Shown: piece after piece, positions 59,758 through 64,000 of the stretch
How positions within the stretch are numbered: the first letter of the stretch is position 1
Layout of the letters: every line of letters starts with the position of its first letter
Origin: Olivibacter ginsenosidimutans
Lineage (GTDB): Bacteria; Bacteroidota; Bacteroidia; Sphingobacteriales; Sphingobacteriaceae
Length of the DNA: 64,000 nt
Direction of reading: 5' to 3'
Assembly: GCF_039542865.1 (NCBI RefSeq)
Contig: NZ_BAABIQ010000002.1
Location: 12,989 to 76,988 of the forward strand
Program-made: the position numbers and the translations under genes
Notes under the pieces: model-generated
What the model was told of the DNA's origin: nothing
The model's database searches: none
The model's input: the letters and a program-made list of their open reading frames with translations, nothing else

Positions 59758-60297
59758 ATGATGAAAAGAGTAAAGATTCAAGTGGCAAGTTTGTTTTTCA
59801 TCCTCACTTCCTTGCAAACAGTTTTTGCACAAGAACCAGTGAAGAAGGATGTTCCTTACGTCCCAACCGATCAAGAGATCGTAAATGCCATGCTCACCTT
59901 GGCTAAGGTTGATAAAAATGATGTTCTATATGATTTGGGTTGTGGTGACGGACGTATTGTGGTGACCGCTGCAAAGCAATTTGGAGCAACTGCCGTGGGA
60001 ATCGATATTGATCCCCAGCGGATTCGGGAGGCTAATGAGAATGCACAAAAGGCACAAGTAGAAGATAAGGTTAAATTCATCCAACAGGATCTTTTTACAG
60101 CCGACTTTAGTGATGCATCTGTCGTTTCATTATACTTATTACCTTCTGTTAATTTAAAACTGCGTCCTAAGCTGCTTAAACTGAAACCGGGGACGCGTAT
60201 TGTTTCACATGCATTTACGATGGGCGATTGGAAACCCGACAAAAAAATGGATGTGGGAGGGGCTACTATTTATTTATGGACTGTTCCAGAAAGCTAA
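59758..60297 (+). CDS. class I SAM-dependent methyltransferase-fold protein with N-terminal signal peptide
   Basis: Signal peptide MMKRVKIQVASLFFILTSLQTVFAQ, then motif I (VLYDLGCGDGRIVV), motif II (VGIDID) and motif III (FTADFSDASVVSLYL). Confidence 0.7.
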   Translation: MMKRVKIQVASLFFILTSLQTVFAQEPVKKDVPYVPTDQEIVNAMLTLAKVDKNDVLYDLGCGDGRIVVTAAKQFGATAVGIDIDPQRIREANENAQKAQVEDKVKFIQQDLFTADFSDASVVSLYLLPSVNLKLRPKLLKLKPGTRIVSHAFTMGDWKPDKKMDVGGATIYLWTVPES

Positions 60298-60466
60298 TTA
60301 ATGGAATTTCTTAGGGTATTTATCGTTTGAATTGGGGTAACTTAACCGTACTAAGCGAATTTAATGTGTGGTTATCCCAGGTAATTTAATTTGCTATCCA
60401 ATTTTTTGATTTTTATACTATATTGCAAGCATTTTAATTCTCAACGCGTTTAATATCGTTTTTTCT

Positions 60467-61009
60467 ATGCAGCCTAGGTATTTAATTCGGAGCGTATTAT
60501 TCATCGCTTCTGCCTGTTTTTATAGTCAATGCCATCCACCAACTACCAACGGAAATGATGAGCAACAAGAAAGCACTCAAGATACTATTCCACTACCTGT
60601 AAAAACAGAAAAACTAGGAAATCACGGTAAGGTTTTTTATATAGATGGCAAAAGTATCCTACAGGATACCCTTGTAAATGGCGATAAACGGTTACGCATA
60701 AATGGCGATCTATTTTTACACATTACAGGAGATCATTTTCCGCTCTATATTTACACCAGTCTCATGCAACTTGAGGTAATTAGTCCCTCTGCATTTCGAA
60801 TAAGTGCTTATGACAAAGACCAAGGACAATCGGTAGAATCCTTATCGGGTGAAATTAGAATTGCCAAAAATTACGATTCGCCATTTCCAGAACCAGACAC
60901 CCTTCGTGAAAACAATCTTTACATGATTAATAGGAGTATAGATTTATCAGAAAAAGAAAACCTGGATGATGATAAGTTAGCCCAATGGTGGAAACGGGTT
61001 GGCAATTGA
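60467..61009 (+). CDS. hypothetical secreted/lipoprotein
   Basis: 180 aa with an N-terminal hydrophobic segment containing Cys (LFIASACFYSQC). No domain recognised. Confidence 0.35.
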   Translation: MQPRYLIRSVLFIASACFYSQCHPPTTNGNDEQQESTQDTIPLPVKTEKLGNHGKVFYIDGKSILQDTLVNGDKRLRINGDLFLHITGDHFPLYIYTSLMQLEVISPSAFRISAYDKDQGQSVESLSGEIRIAKNYDSPFPEPDTLRENNLYMINRSIDLSEKENLDDDKLAQWWKRVGN

Positions 61010-61157
61010 GTTGAACCGACGCAATACCTCATGCTTTCATCAGATCAACACTTATGGATACGATCTTTTCTTCAAAACATATTTTGTATTATTTTGTTGG
61101 ATGTACACAGCACAAAATAAAAATACAGGTGGTGGAGCCTAAACAAAATTCAAACAA

Positions 61158-62900
61158 ATGCATATCCTTTGGAAATATCTAAAGCCTCAGCAAAACTTAA
61201 TTTTCCTTTCGTTACTTTTAGCAGCCGCTGCCCAACTGATGAACTTAATTGACCCGGTAATTTTCGGAAAAATTATCGATGAATATGGAAACAATAGTAA
61301 ACAGTTACCGGCATCACAACTCGTACAAGGTGCATTGTATTGGTTGTTTTTAGCGCTTATCATTGCCTTTTCTGCGAAGTTATTTAAATCACTTCAGGAT
61401 TATACAACACGTAAGGCCGTTGCTACCTTTGGCATGCATATTTTCAATGATGGACTAAAGCAAACATTACGGCTGTCTTTTCAGGAGTTCGAAGAAAGTA
61501 AAAGCGGGGTAACACTATCAGTTCTGCAAAAAGTGAAAACCGATGCCGAACGTTTTATTAACGCTTTTATTAATGTGCTTTTTTCTTCGCTGGTAGGCGT
61601 ATGTTTTTTATTATGGTATAGCCTTACCAAGAACTGGCTGTTAATACCCGTTTTCTTTGTTGGTGTGGTATTGTTAGGATCACTTACGGGCTTATTGTCT
61701 AGAAGAATTAAAACCATCCAACGTTCCATTAACCGGCAAACAGACAAACAAGCAGGCGTCATTACGGAGAGTCTGCGTAATATTGAACTGGTGAAAAGTT
61801 TGGGATTAACCTTTGCTGAAATCAGGCGATTAAAAGAGCAGACGCTTAAGATTTTTAATTTAGAAATGCTGAAAGCAAAAAAGGTTAGCTCTTTATCCTT
61901 TTTACAAGGTAACATGCTTAACCTATTGAAACAATCGGTTCTATTTATTTTATTGTGGCTAATTTTTCATCAAGTCTTAAGCACAGGAGAACTTATTGCC
62001 ATGCAGTTCATTTCTACGGCGATTTTTGTACCGCTGCAAGATTTGGGTAATATGATTTTACTATACCGAGAAGCAGATGCATCGTTGCGAAATTTCGATA
62101 AATTGATGGCTAAACCTATTGAACGAAGACCAGAAAATCCGATAGAAATTGGCGATTTACACCGTCTACGTTTTGATCAAGTCGTTTTTAGACATAAAAC
62201 GGCAAATTACAATGCTATCGATAATATTTCATTTTCTATACGTTCAGGGCAGACTATTGCTTTTGTAGGCCCTTCTGGATCGGGAAAATCCACCTTAGTA
62301 AAATTACTCGTTGGATTGTACACTCCCGTGCAGGGAGATATCTATTTTAATGATGCAGATTCAACAGCCATACGTTATAATCCCTTACGAAGACAAATTG
62401 GTTTTGTAACCCAAGATACACAGCTATATGCAGGTACCATTAGGGATAATCTCTTGTTTGTCAAACCAGGTGCAAGCGATGATGAAATCATGGAAGCGCT
62501 TAAAAAAGCTTCGGCTATTCATCTTATTCAAAAAACCTCCCATGGTATACATACCTTATTGGGCGAAAATGGTATGAAGTTATCTGGAGGTGAAAAACAG
62601 AGGTTATCGATTGCGCGAGCCTTATTACGTAAACCACAGTTGCTTATTTTTGATGAGGCTACTTCAGCATTAGACTCACTAACAGAAGATGAAATTACCA
62701 AAACGGTACGCGAAATTTCAACCAACCGCGAACAAATGACCATTCTTATCGCACATCGTCTATCCACCGTTATGCATGCTGATGTTATTTATGTGCTGGA
62801 AAAAGGAAAAATTGTAGAGTCCGGCAATCACCAAAAATTAATCGATGAAGGCGGACTCTATTATGCCATGTGGCGACAACAAATCGGTGAAAGGAGATAG
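61158..62900 (+). CDS. ABC transporter permease/ATP-binding fusion protein (type I exporter, MsbA/MdlB-like)
   Basis: 580 aa with an N-terminal 6-TM domain and a C-terminal NBD (GPSGSGKSTL, LSGGEKQRLSIARAL, LIFDEATSALD). Confidence 0.9.
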   Translation: MHILWKYLKPQQNLIFLSLLLAAAAQLMNLIDPVIFGKIIDEYGNNSKQLPASQLVQGALYWLFLALIIAFSAKLFKSLQDYTTRKAVATFGMHIFNDGLKQTLRLSFQEFEESKSGVTLSVLQKVKTDAERFINAFINVLFSSLVGVCFLLWYSLTKNWLLIPVFFVGVVLLGSLTGLLSRRIKTIQRSINRQTDKQAGVITESLRNIELVKSLGLTFAEIRRLKEQTLKIFNLEMLKAKKVSSLSFLQGNMLNLLKQSVLFILLWLIFHQVLSTGELIAMQFISTAIFVPLQDLGNMILLYREADASLRNFDKLMAKPIERRPENPIEIGDLHRLRFDQVVFRHKTANYNAIDNISFSIRSGQTIAFVGPSGSGKSTLVKLLVGLYTPVQGDIYFNDADSTAIRYNPLRRQIGFVTQDTQLYAGTIRDNLLFVKPGASDDEIMEALKKASAIHLIQKTSHGIHTLLGENGMKLSGGEKQRLSIARALLRKPQLLIFDEATSALDSLTEDEITKTVREISTNREQMTILIAHRLSTVMHADVIYVLEKGKIVESGNHQKLIDEGGLYYAMWRQQIGERR

Positions 62901-62910
62901 ATTTTTCGAT

Positions 62911-64000
62911 TTACACGGTAGTGCTTTTCGCTTTTGTACCTTCAATATTAGGTAACAAACCCGTTATTATACCAATTAATGGCAAATAGGCACATACATG
63001 AAATACGTATTCAATGTTCGTTCGATCCGCAAGCTTACCCAAGATAGCTGATCCTAAGCCACCCATACCAAAAGCGAAACCAAAAAATAGACCTGCAATC
63101 ATTCCAACCTTTCCTGGAACCAGATCAGTGGCGTATACGAGTATGGCCGAGAAGGCTGAAGAGAGAATTAAGCCGATGATTACGGCCAGTACAGCTGTCC
63201 AAAACAGGCTGGCATGCGGTAACAGTAAGGAAAAAGGGGCGACTCCCAAAATGGAAACCCAGATAATGTGTTTTCTTCCAAAGCGATCACCAAGCGGACC
63301 ACCCACCATAGTTCCTGCAGCCACTGCACCCATAAAAGCAAATAAATAAAACTGCGATTGTTGTACGGTAACATGAAATTTATCGATAAGATAAAAAGTA
63401 AAGTAACTGGTCATGCTGGCCATGTAAAAATATTTTGAAAAAATAAGGATTAGTAAGATCACGAGTGATGATATCACCGTTTTACGTGGTAATGCAATCG
63501 CTGAGGTAGCCTGACGGGGCTTCTTGAGAAACTCCTTCAAATAAAGATGTTCTCCATACCATTTTCCAATGCGGATAAGCACAAAAATCGCTAAAATAGC
63601 AGCGAGGGCAAAGCAACTAATATAGCGTTGACCATGCGGTATAACGATAAGGGCCGCCAATAGTGGTCCTATTGCACTTCCAGCATTTCCACCTAGTTGG
63701 AAAATGGACTGCGCCAAGCCTTTTTGTCCACCAGAAGCCATATGTGCCACGCGAGATGATTCTGGATGGAAGACTGACGAGCCAAGACCGATAAAACTTA
63801 CAGAAACGAGCAACATCCAAAAGGTACCGGCAAAGGATAGGAGAATTAGCCCAATGAGTGTACAGGTCATACCAACAGCCAGTGAATAGGGGCGGGGCGT
63901 TCGATCGGTATAAAATCCGACAAAAGGTTGTAACAGCGAAGCCGTTAGCTGAAAAGTAAAGGTAATCATACCAATCTGACTGAATGATAATGTAAAGTTG
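62911..64000 (-). CDS. MFS transporter (Fsr/fosmidomycin-resistance-like), 5' end beyond window
   Basis: Polytopic membrane protein. The reading frame stays open upstream of the first in-window Met through to position 64000, so the N-terminus is truncated by the window edge. Confidence 0.8.
   Translation of the reverse strand, partial: NFTLSFSQIGMITFTFQLTASLLQPFVGFYTDRTPRPYSLAVGMTCTLIGLILLSFAGTFWMLLVSVSFIGLGSSVFHPESSRVAHMASGGQKGLAQSIFQLGGNAGSAIGPLLAALIVIPHGQRYISCFALAAILAIFVLIRIGKWYGEHLYLKEFLKKPRQATSAIALPRKTVISSLVILLILIFSKYFYMASMTSYFTFYLIDKFHVTVQQSQFYLFAFMGAVAAGTMVGGPLGDRFGRKHIIWVSILGVAPFSLLLPHASLFWTAVLAVIIGLILSSAFSAILVYATDLVPGKVGMIAGLFFGFAFGMGGLGSAILGKLADRTNIEYVFHVCAYLPLIGIITGLLPNIEGTKAKSTTV

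Noticed and set aside
1-64000. Search for tRNA, rRNA, CRISPR repeats, IS elements, integrases or phage genes
   Set aside because: No tRNA T-arm/acceptor consensus found in intergenic regions. No spaced direct-repeat arrays, transposase or integrase ORFs, or terminal inverted repeats. The window appears to be core chromosome, not a mobile island.

Overview
This window is a 64-kb chromosomal segment that looks Bacteroidota-like (GC about 40%). The phylum guess rests on SusC/SusD pairs, ECF-sigma/FecR pairs, DUF4249 next to a TonB receptor, a TPR-LuxR regulator, and one -7-type promoter motif. I found no rRNA, tRNA, CRISPR array, IS element or integrase.

Main content, in order:
- A hexuronate-type oxidoreductase with a partial sugar MFS permease.
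- A short UvrA paralog divergent from a MarR regulator, with palindromic operators between them.
- An ECF-sigma/anti-sigma/SusC/SusD locus whose enzymes are two PLC-type phosphodiesterases and an alkaline-phosphatase fusion, not glycoside hydrolases.
- An HTH / DUF2975 / ABC ATPase / ABC-2-permease::M1-aminopeptidase fusion operon.
- A FecIRA-like iron-uptake system followed by a PepSY protein.
- Two separate copies of a Zn-ribbon + SPFH(Band_7_1)-SHOCT module.
- Transporters (CDF, AI-2E, Na+/H+ antiporter, TetA-like MFS, APC permease, ABC exporter), an orphan PAS histidine kinase and small-molecule enzymes.

Four genes carry disrupting lesions:
- A T4-tract frameshift in the SusD gene.
- An A4-tract frameshift in a TonB receptor gene.
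- An in-frame TAA in an ABC ATPase gene.
- A shattered TPM-domain remnant.

These could be homopolymer sequencing errors or real gene decay. ORF coordinates below include the stop codon. Several starts were moved to the first ATG after a TTG/GTG-initiated ORF-track start.
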